32,000 bases of DNA, from positions 1-32,000 of the forward strand of contig JAITRB010000007.1 of assembly GCA_031288595.1 (NCBI GenBank), given 5' to 3'. The stretch's first letter is position 1; every line of letters starts with the position of its first letter. Both the position numbers and the translations under genes were made by a program. The notes beneath the pieces were generated by a model. The model searched no databases. It had not been told where the DNA came from and saw nothing but the letters and a program-made list of their open reading frames with translations. This document shows, one piece after another, positions 24,550-32,000 of this stretch. The DNA comes from Puniceicoccales bacterium (lineage in GTDB: Bacteria; Verrucomicrobiota; Verrucomicrobiia; Opitutales; JAIRLG01).

Positions 24550-26316
24550 ATGATGAAAGAGGAGTACATGGGTACGGAAAAAAATGAGGGCGAAAGACTC
24601 GTCGATGCGAAGATTTTGGAGGCACTGAAGGGAAAACCGGAGGAAAATCAGCCGAGAAATGTGAACAAGCAGGAACTGCGTCGGGAATCTGGCCAGCGGG
24701 CGAAGCAACAGCCCCTGCTGCAGCGCATTCTGAAGACGCTCACGCGCAAGGACAAGAGCTTTCGGGAGATCATTTTCAACAGCGAGCCGCTGGAGTACCG
24801 CGTGGCCCTGTTGGTGGATGGGGTACTGGAGAACTTCGAGGTCGAGGCGAAGGACAAATGCCGGCGAGTCCACGCGATTTTCAAGGGGCAGATCCAGAAC
24901 CTGGAGCCAGGTCTCAAGGCGGCCTTTGTGGACATCGGGCAGGAGAAAAATGCCTTTCTGCACTACTGGGATGCCCTACCGGCCGCCGATGCCGGAGTGG
25001 AGGTGGTACGGGTCAACGCTTCCCAGAACTCGAAGGAGCGGCAGCGTTACACGACCAAGGACATTCCCAAGCTCTACCCCATAGGCACCGAGATCATGGT
25101 GCAGATTATCAAGGACCAGATCGGTACGAAGGGCCCGCGGGTGACCACAAATGTCGCCTTGCCCGGGCGATTTCTCGTCCTCATGCCCTTTTCCGATGAA
25201 TGCGGAGTCTCGCGCAAGATCGAAAATACCAGGGAACGGGAGCGGCTCAAGGAAATCCTGCAGAAGCTGACGATTCCGGAGGGCATGGGAGTTGTCATCC
25301 GCACCGCCGGCGAGGGCAAGAAGCTCCGCTACTTCATCCGTGATCTCCATCTGCTGCTGCAGAAGTGGCAGGAAATCCAAGAGGGGATGGAGGCGAAGAG
25401 CGAGCCCTGCATTCTTTACCAGGAACCCGACATCGTCGAGCGCACGGTACGGGACTTCCTGACTGAGGACATCGACCGCGTGATAGTCGACTGTGAGGAG
25501 GATTACCGGAGAATCGTCGACTGGGTCGGACGGATTTCCTCACGGGGCAAGTCCAAGGTCGCGTTTTTTCAGGACGACATCCCTATCTTCGAGCGCTTCA
25601 ACGTCGAGCGCCAGATCGAGCAGACCTTCATGCGCCGCGTCGCCCTACCCTCGGGTGGCGAAATCGTCATCGACGAGACGGAGGCACTGACGGCCATCGA
25701 TGTCAACACCGGCGGCCATCGGAACCAGAGCCAGGAGGCGGATGGAGAGAACCGGAGCTTCGTCTACCAGGTCAATGCAGAGGCCTGCAAAGAAGTGGCG
25801 CGCCAGCTGCGCCTGCGTAACATCGGCGGGCTGATCGCCGTCGACCTGATCGACATGAAATCCCGCGGCGACCGCAACCGGCTCTATGAGCTCATGTCGC
25901 AGTTGATGGCGGAGGATAAGTCCCGCGCGCAGGTGGCACCCATTTCTTCCCTGGGTCTCCTGCAGATCACGCGCCAGCGGCACTCCCAGAGTACAGCCGG
26001 TGACATGCGAGCTCCCTGTCCCTACTGTCAGGGCCGAGCCTTTCTCAAATCCCCGCGCACCATGAGTGCCGAAATTCAGAGAAAAATCATCAGTTCGGTC
26101 AAATACCTGCGCCAGCGGGAGAAGACGCAGGATTGCATCGCTGTCCGCGTGCTCCTGCACCCGCAGGTGCTGGAACGCCTGCGGAGCGAGGATGAGGCGC
26201 TGTTGCTGGCGATGGAGGAGCGTTATAACATCCGCCTGAACTTCTGTGCCGATGGGAGCTTTCACATGGAGAATTTCCGCATTTTGGATGCCAGGACCAA
26301 CAACGACCTGCGCTGA
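24550..26316 (+). CDS. rng: ribonuclease G (RNase E/G family catalytic domain only)
   Basis: S1 domain ([27 protein letters not shown]), [23 protein letters not shown] and a Zn-link CPYCQGRAF. At 588 aa it has no long RNase E scaffold tail. Confidence 0.9.
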   Translation: MMKEEYMGTEKNEGERLVDAKILEALKGKPEENQPRNVNKQELRRESGQRAKQQPLLQRILKTLTRKDKSFREIIFNSEPLEYRVALLVDGVLENFEVEAKDKCRRVHAIFKGQIQNLEPGLKAAFVDIGQEKNAFLHYWDALPAADAGVEVVRVNASQNSKERQRYTTKDIPKLYPIGTEIMVQIIKDQIGTKGPRVTTNVALPGRFLVLMPFSDECGVSRKIENTRERERLKEILQKLTIPEGMGVVIRTAGEGKKLRYFIRDLHLLLQKWQEIQEGMEAKSEPCILYQEPDIVERTVRDFLTEDIDRVIVDCEEDYRRIVDWVGRISSRGKSKVAFFQDDIPIFERFNVERQIEQTFMRRVALPSGGEIVIDETEALTAIDVNTGGHRNQSQEADGENRSFVYQVNAEACKEVARQLRLRNIGGLIAVDLIDMKSRGDRNRLYELMSQLMAEDKSRAQVAPISSLGLLQITRQRHSQSTAGDMRAPCPYCQGRAFLKSPRTMSAEIQRKIISSVKYLRQREKTQDCIAVRVLLHPQVLERLRSEDEALLLAMEERYNIRLNFCADGSFHMENFRILDARTNNDLR

Positions 26317-26317
26317 T

Positions 26318-27265
26318 ATGACCTATCCCTTCCGGCTCGTCGTCCTTTCCGGCGGCTCATCGGGGGAGAGGGAGGTCTCTCGGCGCAGCGGAGCGGCGGT
26401 CGCCCGTGCGCTGTCACCCTACTTCCCAACGGAATCCCTCGTCCTCGAGTGCGACGAACTACCCAGGGGGTTGAAGCCCGAACGGGACATCATCTGCCCG
26501 ATGATTCACGGGAGCTTTGGGGAAGATGGGGGCCTTCAGGCCTTGCTGGAACGGGAGGGATTCGCCTATGCCGGCAGCGGCATCGTCTCCAGCGAGCGCT
26601 GCATGCACAAGCTTCAGACCAAGGAAAAATTGCTGGGGTGCTCCGTATGCCTTCCGAAGTGCGTTTCCTTTCGGAATCCGAATGTGCCGAGCTATGAGGA
26701 GATGAGCAGAAATCTAGGCCAGGCATCCTTCGTGCTGAAACCGGAGAACCAGGGTAGCAGTCTCGGTGTCCACAGGATTTTCTCCGAAGGGGACTGGCGG
26801 CAATTCTGCCGAGAGGCGGAGGGAGGGCTGTGGCTGGCGGAGGGGCACATCCCCGGTCGCGAGATCACGGTGGGCTGGCTCCAGGAACGGGCCTTAGCCT
26901 GTGTCGAGATTCGGCCGAAGGCTGGATTTTACGACTACGCGCACAAGTACACGGCTGGCCTGAGCGATTACCTCTGTCCGGCCCCACTGGAGGACTCCGT
27001 GACGCAACGCCTGCTTGCCGATACCGAAAAGGCCTGCACCTACTGCGGCTGCCGCGATTTCGCTCGGGTCGACTTCATCCTCTCGGAACAAAATATTCCC
27101 TACTTTCTCGAGATCAACACGATTCCCGGAATGACCGAGACCAGCCTCTTGCCTAGGAGTGCCCGCAGCGCGGGACTGGACTTCGGGCCGCTCTGCTACG
27201 AAATGGTCTATCCGGCCATCCGCCGCTTCGGCTTTCGGGAACTGCCTCCCCATGCGATGGCCTAG
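26318..27265 (+). CDS. ddl: D-alanine--D-alanine ligase (start trimmed to the ATG 2 nt after the rng stop)
   Basis: LVVLSGGSSGEREVS, HGSFGEDGGLQALLE and EINTIPGMTETSLLP are the Ddl ATP-grasp signatures. 315 aa, and not fused to MurC. Confidence 0.9.
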   Translation: MTYPFRLVVLSGGSSGEREVSRRSGAAVARALSPYFPTESLVLECDELPRGLKPERDIICPMIHGSFGEDGGLQALLEREGFAYAGSGIVSSERCMHKLQTKEKLLGCSVCLPKCVSFRNPNVPSYEEMSRNLGQASFVLKPENQGSSLGVHRIFSEGDWRQFCREAEGGLWLAEGHIPGREITVGWLQERALACVEIRPKAGFYDYAHKYTAGLSDYLCPAPLEDSVTQRLLADTEKACTYCGCRDFARVDFILSEQNIPYFLEINTIPGMTETSLLPRSARSAGLDFGPLCYEMVYPAIRRFGFRELPPHAMA

Positions 27266-28151
27266 GCGAAGAAAGACAAGGGCTTCCGCCTGGCTCCGGC
27301 GCCGACCATTGGTCGCCGAAAAATCCCTGGGGCGCCGCATTGGCGAGGGCTGTGTGCGGGGCATGCTGGTGTTGATGCTTGCGCTGATAGCCATCCTGAG
27401 CGCTTACCGCTGCTTAGCCCGAGCCTTCCAGCGATATGCCTTTAGGATCTACCCGCAGCCCCTGGGAAAAATAGAACTGCGGACAGATGGGGTGCTGTCC
27501 GCTGAGCTCTTGGCCCCCCATCTGGTCCTGCCGCCGAACATCGACCTGATGGAAATCGACCTCAACGCCCTGCGCCAACGACTCAGCCTCCTGGAACAGG
27601 TGCAGGAGGTGGAAGTCGCACGCCAGTTCCAGGATAGAAGCCTGCAGATCACGCTTCGGGAAGAAATACCCTTCGCGCAGGTGCGGCTGCAGGGGAACGG
27701 CGAGCAGGAAGTACTCTGCGTCTCCGTGAGCGGAAAGGCATTCCGCAGCATCGGCTACGACGAGAAATGGCTGCGCTCGCTCCCCTATCTGAGTGGTCGT
27801 CCGTTGCAGAAGAGGGATACTGCTACTTACCACTTCGGCTGCGCACTGGGCCCCATCGACGATTTTCTGGGATGGTGTCGGGAGAAGTATCCGGAAATTT
27901 ATGCCCAGATCCAACACCTCTCGCTGGAGTACTGGGATCCGGACGGCGAGGCCCGCTGGTCACGCCTGGAACTCGTCGCCCGCTGCGCGAAGAAAATCAT
28001 CTTCTTCCCCGATCACTGGGATGAGCAGCTGCAGCGCCTGCGCTACCTGCTGAAGGAGGATTATTTGAGAAAATGCTTTCCACTGGAACGCATCGACTTA
28101 CGCTCTGGACCTGATGTCCGCGTCCGTCTACCACGCCGCAGAAATGAATAG
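27252..28151 (+). CDS. ftsQ: cell division protein FtsQ-like (start trimmed; overlaps the ddl end by 14 nt)
   Basis: Basic N-terminus, a single TM (MLVLMLALIAILSAY), then a POTRA-like segment (IELRTDGVLSAELL ... IDLNALRQRLSLLEQVQEVEVARQFQDRSLQITLREEIPFAQV). Its position directly after ddl also fits. Confidence 0.7.
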   Translation: MRWPRRRKTRASAWLRRRPLVAEKSLGRRIGEGCVRGMLVLMLALIAILSAYRCLARAFQRYAFRIYPQPLGKIELRTDGVLSAELLAPHLVLPPNIDLMEIDLNALRQRLSLLEQVQEVEVARQFQDRSLQITLREEIPFAQVRLQGNGEQEVLCVSVSGKAFRSIGYDEKWLRSLPYLSGRPLQKRDTATYHFGCALGPIDDFLGWCREKYPEIYAQIQHLSLEYWDPDGEARWSRLELVARCAKKIIFFPDHWDEQLQRLRYLLKEDYLRKCFPLERIDLRSGPDVRVRLPRRRNE

Positions 28152-28176
28152 GCGTTAATTCTAGAGAAAATCCACC

Positions 28177-28878
28177 ATGTCATTCCCCGCCTCCACTCTC
28201 TTCGACTGGCCGAGGTCGCTGGAAAATTTTGCCGAATATTTTCCCCTGGACGAGGAACCCTGGCTCTGGCTGCCCAAGATCGAACGGGCACTGGAGGGGA
28301 TTGTGCCGACGCTGCGGGATGGCCAGCGCGATTTCCCGCCAGGACTCCAGGTCGGGCAAAATGTCTACATCCACTCCAGCGTGAAGCTGCCGCACCTGGG
28401 CACGCTTGAGGACAATATCTATATCGGCGAGGGAGTGCACTTAAACCCAGGGATCTATATCCGCAGAAATGTCATCATCGCCGCCAACTGTGTCGTCGGA
28501 ACCGCCTGTGAGCTGAAGAATTCTATCCTGATGGAGGGGACAAAAGTGCCGCATTTCAATTACGTCGGTGATTCGGTACTGGGAAACCGTGTGCAGCTAG
28601 GAGCCATGGTCGTCACGGCTAATCTACGCCTGGATCATCGGGATGTGCTCATCAAAACTCCGGCAAAGTCCTATGCGACTCATCGGCGAAAAGTAGGGGC
28701 CTTCGTTGGCGACGAGGTCAGGGTGGCCTGCAATACGGCTCTGCAGCCGGGGACGGTACTGGGCCGCAGGTGCACGCTCCTGCCGAGGTTCGTCTTCTCC
28801 GGCTTCCTGGAAGCGGAACATACAGGCCTGCCGAAGGATCGCAATGTGGGAGTGATGCCTGGAGGGACTGAGGCCTAG
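28177..28878 (+). CDS. stand-alone left-handed beta-helix (hexapeptide-repeat) protein, resembling the C-terminal domain of GlmU/GCD1-type sugar-nucleotidyltransferases
   Basis: Repeated [LIV]-G-x4 hexads: IGEGVHLNPGIYIRRNVIIAANCVVGTACELKNSILMEGTKVPHFNYVGDSVLGNRVQLGAMVVTANLR ... KVGAFVGDEVRVACNTALQPGTVLG. No nucleotidyltransferase domain precedes it, and there is no clear Shine-Dalgarno. Confidence 0.65.
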   Translation: MSFPASTLFDWPRSLENFAEYFPLDEEPWLWLPKIERALEGIVPTLRDGQRDFPPGLQVGQNVYIHSSVKLPHLGTLEDNIYIGEGVHLNPGIYIRRNVIIAANCVVGTACELKNSILMEGTKVPHFNYVGDSVLGNRVQLGAMVVTANLRLDHRDVLIKTPAKSYATHRRKVGAFVGDEVRVACNTALQPGTVLGRRCTLLPRFVFSGFLEAEHTGLPKDRNVGVMPGGTEA

Positions 28879-28938
28879 TAGCCTCCAGCACTGGCTTCCT
28901 CTGCTCATTTTTCCATTGCCAGACAGGAGGATTTCCTT

Positions 28939-29418
28939 ATGCTCCCCAATGGACTAAAGATGGCGATGGATTGGGAAAGTGGAGTGGCAAAGCTGAATGG
29001 TATGCTCAGCGCCATGGGGAGGGAATTAGATTTGTCGGACCTGAAGCTGGACGAGAAGGGCAACTGCCCGCTGTCCTTCGGCGATGCCTTTATGTTGCGC
29101 TGTTCCCTGGATTCGACAGGGGAGCATGTGACGTTCTACGCCTGTGTCGGCTCGCTTCCGGCTGAGGCTGAGGCCTTTTGGGAGCGCCTCCTGGTGGCGA
29201 ATTACTTCTGGAAGGAAAGTGCCGGTTCTCGGGTGGGACTGGATCCAGAAGCAGGCAACAGCGTGACGCTCACCCAATCTATACCGATGGAATTTCTCGA
29301 CGACGAGCTCTTCTACAAGCATGTGGAGCGCTTCGTCAATGCGATGGATTACTGGGAAAAACGCCTGGCGGCTTTGCAGGAGACGAAGGACAGGGCAGCC
29401 TTTTTAAAACTACCCTAG
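28939..29418 (+). CDS. small acidic protein resembling CesT/Tir-family type III secretion chaperones (YbjN-like fold)
   Basis: AGGAGG sits 8 nt upstream of the ATG. 159 aa. The pattern LNGMLSAMGRELDLSDLKLDEKGNCPLSFGDAFMLRCSLDSTGEHVTFYACVGSLP...FWERLLVANYFWKESAGSRVGLDPEAGNSVTLTQSIP matches the class I chaperone layout as I remember it. No HMM was run. Confidence 0.55.
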   Translation: MLPNGLKMAMDWESGVAKLNGMLSAMGRELDLSDLKLDEKGNCPLSFGDAFMLRCSLDSTGEHVTFYACVGSLPAEAEAFWERLLVANYFWKESAGSRVGLDPEAGNSVTLTQSIPMEFLDDELFYKHVERFVNAMDYWEKRLAALQETKDRAAFLKLP

Positions 29419-29434
29419 CTCCAGGAGAGCAGCT

Positions 29435-30049
29435 ATGTTCCTCACGGGGCTCGAGAAAGCATTGCCGGTGGAGACGGAGCGCCTGCGCCTGCGGCCGCTA
29501 GTGGAGGATGATGAGGTAGAAATAGCCCGTTACCTCAATGATCTCGAAGTGGCGAAGGGGCTGACCTATTCGCCTTATCCCTATACCCTGGAGATGGCTG
29601 CCCAATGGCTTCAGGAGGTGGCCTTTGCGTCGCAGCGGGACCAGGTGCGCTACTGGGCCATCACGCCACGTGAAGGAGGAAACTTCCTGGGCATTCTCGG
29701 TTTCTCCCTCTGTCGAACGCACGACAAGGCGGAAATGCACTACTGGTTGGGCCGGCCCTTTTGGAATCGTGGCTATACTACCGAAGCGGCCCTGGCTATG
29801 ATCCCCTTCATCTTCACCCAAGAAGCGACCTTGCAGCGTCTGGAGATCAACTATCGTACCTGCAACTCCGCCTCGGGTCGCGTGATCGAGAAATGCGGCT
29901 TCGTCTTCGAGGGCGAGCTGCGCGCCTATGTCAAGCGCTTTGGTCACTACGATGACGTCCGCTTCTACAGTCTCCTGCGCCGCGAAGTGATGAAAGAAGA
30001 CTTGCGTTTGAGGAGAGAAGTCAGTCACAGCGAAAATCGACAGGCCTAA
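29435..30049 (+). CDS. GNAT-family N-acetyltransferase (RimJ/RimL-like, Acetyltransf_3 type)
   Basis: TERLRLRPL start, WAI...FLGILGF, PFWNRGYTTEAALAMIPFIF (acetyl-CoA loop) and NSASGRVIEKCGFVFEGELR. AGGAG lies 7 nt upstream, 16 nt after the preceding stop. Confidence 0.85.
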   Translation: MFLTGLEKALPVETERLRLRPLVEDDEVEIARYLNDLEVAKGLTYSPYPYTLEMAAQWLQEVAFASQRDQVRYWAITPREGGNFLGILGFSLCRTHDKAEMHYWLGRPFWNRGYTTEAALAMIPFIFTQEATLQRLEINYRTCNSASGRVIEKCGFVFEGELRAYVKRFGHYDDVRFYSLLRREVMKEDLRLRREVSHSENRQA

Positions 30050-31034
30050 ATCCCGATGGCGGTTCTCCTCATGAGCTCCCTTGAGATTGCAAACATGAAG
30101 AATTTAGATGGGATGAATTTTCATCGGAGGAGATCGATTGATGAGCGGAAAAAGGATCCTCCGATAAAGGGAAAGCCGTGGATTTTCGCTCTTGAAGAAT
30201 AGGCGCTACAGGACTATCGCGAAAATAGATATGGCTTCGATAAGCCTACCGGCGAAGGAGACGAAGAAAGAACCTAGGGACCGTCTTTTCTCAGTTTTGC
30301 GGTCAATCCTATTTTCGGCCCTCCACAGGTGGATCGCCTCCCCATCATGCTGGGTGTAGTGGCTTCGAGGACGTTCCCAGTGGGTGACTGCTTAAATCCG
30401 CTGAGAATAGGACGATTTCCCAAAAATAAGGACCACAGGGTATAGGCCTTTCATAGGGAGGAGTTTTTTTTCTTCCGGAGTACTGACAGAAGAAGGACAT
30501 AACGATCCGTCCGCAGGCGGCCTTCTCCTTTACCCACATCACGCGGTTTGCGCCGATGGCGAGGCTCTATCACGCAGCGCGTCCGCTCTGCCGCAAAAGG
30601 GTGCCTTGGATCGATGAGGAAAAGGACATCCCGAATGCTCGGGACTATGAGTAGCCTCGACGATATTCAGAGACTTTTATTGACCTAATAGGAATCCGCA
30701 ATGGTGGATCTCAGCTTCATCGCCGCTTCCATCGAAGCGGAAGTGACCGGTGAGTAGAAAACGTGTTGGGGAAGCGACCCAAGCGATCCTCGCGTCGCTA
30801 TGGTCGGCCTAGCTTCCGCTCGATTGCCTGCCTACATGGCTGCCAATCCCTTCGGCGGAAATAAGAGGCGGGGCGGACGGGTCTTAATGTCCATCTCCGC
30901 TTTGGGAGACTAGGAATGCATGATCTGGGCGTCTATTTCCTCCTCCACGGCAGCAGCCTGCAAGACGTTGGCACTCGATCTGGGCTCTGTCCATATAGGC
31001 GATGATCTCACGAATTATACCCATACATCCCCCT

Positions 31035-31319
31035 ATGCCTGATCTTGAACCGAATCACGATCGGCCAGTGCTGCCAGACGGCGATTCCCCTAAGCACTTC
31101 AATCTCTACGGCGAGCGCCTCGATGCCGGTCCGATGGAAAATTGGGAACAAACGCTTGACGGAAGAAGCGCGGAGCAGTTGGCAAAATTGGGAAAAATTT
31201 TGGCTAAGACTGTGTTGGAGGATGAGGCCGACAGCGTTTTTCTGAAAAAAGTAGGTTTCCCTAGAAACGGGAAAATGTGGAGGAGCGAGCAGGACGAACG
31301 GATCATTGCAGCTACTTGA
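31035..31319 (+). CDS. hypothetical small protein (doubtful)
   Basis: 94-aa ORF from MPDLE with protein-like soluble composition (LAKLGKILAKTVLEDEADSVFLKKVG, WRSEQDERI). It has no Shine-Dalgarno and no recognisable family, and a competing antisense ORF overlaps it. Confidence 0.3.
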   Translation: MPDLEPNHDRPVLPDGDSPKHFNLYGERLDAGPMENWEQTLDGRSAEQLAKLGKILAKTVLEDEADSVFLKKVGFPRNGKMWRSEQDERIIAAT

Positions 31320-31360
31320 GCCGCAGGCAGCGGAGGCAATTCTTGGGAGAATTGGGGTCC

Positions 31361-32000
31361 TCAACTCCGGCGGAGATGCTGGTTGGCGATGGAGATGCCG
31401 CTCAGCATAGAGCCGATGATGCCGAGATAGCCCTGGTCGGTCCCGCAGAGCTGGAGGCCTTCGAAGGGCAGCTGTCCGCTGAAAACCTTGTGCGGCGTGC
31501 CGTAGATCGCGCCGTTGATATGGCCGGTGAAGCGCTCAAAGGTGTAAGGGGTAAAGGCATCGAGGTCCAGCAACTGAGGGGTTTTGACCTCGGCTGAGGG
31601 ATGGAGGAAGCGGAGGATGCTTTGGGCCTTTTCGAACAGAGCATGCGCCTGCTCCCGCTTGGCCTGGGCATAAGCTTCGGGCCCTTCATCGGCCAGGATT
31701 GCCTTCCAACGGGTCGCATTGGCCAGTTGGGTGATGCGCAGAATGCCTTCGGGCAGGCGGCGGTCGAGGCCATAGCGGTAGTTGTTGGGCAAACAGAGGA
31801 GGCCGGAAGAGGGCCCGACCAGGCCCGTGGGTTGGCGGTAGTGGAAGCGCTCCTGCTCTTCGAAGAAGACGATCGTATCGTCCCAGCCGAGTTCGCGAGG
31901 CTCCTCCTTGAGAACGGCGATGGACTCGCAGAAGGCGAGCTTTCCTGCGGAGGCCAGGGCCGCGTCTCCCTGGCCGCAGAGCCGCATCGTCTCGACGTAA
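31361..32000 (-). CDS. C-terminal part of an FAD-dependent oxidoreductase of the phytoene-desaturase (CrtI)-like family; continues beyond the window edge
   Basis: The frame is open from the window edge, with no stop upstream of the listed ATG at 31987. The C-terminal block LQLCGTDQGYLGIIGSMLSGISIANQHL resembles the conserved end of CrtI-family flavoenzymes, which are ~500 aa. Confidence 0.5.
   Translation of the reverse strand, partial: YVETMRLCGQGDAALASAGKLAFCESIAVLKEEPRELGWDDTIVFFEEQERFHYRQPTGLVGPSSGLLCLPNNYRYGLDRRLPEGILRITQLANATRWKAILADEGPEAYAQAKREQAHALFEKAQSILRFLHPSAEVKTPQLLDLDAFTPYTFERFTGHINGAIYGTPHKVFSGQLPFEGLQLCGTDQGYLGIIGSMLSGISIANQHLRRS

Noticed and set aside
28939-30049. GNAT toxin / antitoxin (TacT-TacA-like) interpretation of the small protein plus GNAT pair
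   Set aside because: The upstream protein is 159 aa and acidic, with a chaperone-like layout rather than a ~90-aa RHH/DUF1778 antitoxin. The GNAT looks RimJ/RimL-like rather than TacT-like.
31008-31364. 118-aa minus-strand ORF starting with a TTG that overlaps the oxidoreductase stop (TTGA)
   Set aside because: It has a non-ATG start and a Ser/Arg/Phe/Cys-rich, unprotein-like sequence. It competes with the somewhat more plausible plus-strand ORF 31035-31319; neither is well supported.

Overview
High-G+C bacterial chromosomal segment (roughly 55-60% by eye, not computed), mostly housekeeping genes. The first 20 kb is largely minus-strand: glgP, xseB, atpA, murE, a compositionally odd hypothetical, ftsK, lpxK, holA, a DUF502 protein and a large secreted lipase-like protein. 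The rest is largely plus-strand: rpmG (56 aa, missed by the ORF track), ybeY, atpB-atpE-atpF-atpH, a SEDS glycosyltransferase, RNase G, ddl, ftsQ, a hexapeptide-repeat protein, a CesT-like chaperone-like protein, a GNAT acetyltransferase, and a truncated oxidoreductase on the minus strand at the right edge. There are three tRNAs: initiator Met-CAT, Val-GAC and Leu-CAG. Coding density is low for a bacterium: summing the larger gaps between my calls gives about 6 kb of 32 kb with no supportable CDS. The main finding is not a protein system. It is a family of six ~100-117 nt intergenic elements that each fold as the same cloverleaf: one closing stem around three abutting near-perfect hairpins (short, short GC-rich, long 17-18 bp), almost all with 3-nt loops. 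They sit at 4124-4230, 6599-6715, 10194-10298, 13003-13102, 17602-17700 and, inverted, 20226-20328. Primary sequence differs between copies, but stem modules are shared and base changes are compensatory. Two copies lie inside a ~350-nt paralogous non-coding unit. I cannot place these in any repeat or RNA family I know. Secondary observations: a Sec-signal class-3 lipase-like protein with a CCSCCC cysteine cluster; a CesT-like chaperone gene coupled to a GNAT gene directly after ftsQ, with no ftsA/ftsZ there; a split F1Fo operon with an orphan atpA; a GlgP N-terminal extension; an initiator tRNA with only two of the three canonical anticodon-stem G:C pairs; and ~1 kb gene-less stretches that look like decayed sequence. 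I recognised no CRISPR array, rRNA, transposase or integrase. All family calls rest on motifs read by eye; no searches or folding programs were run.
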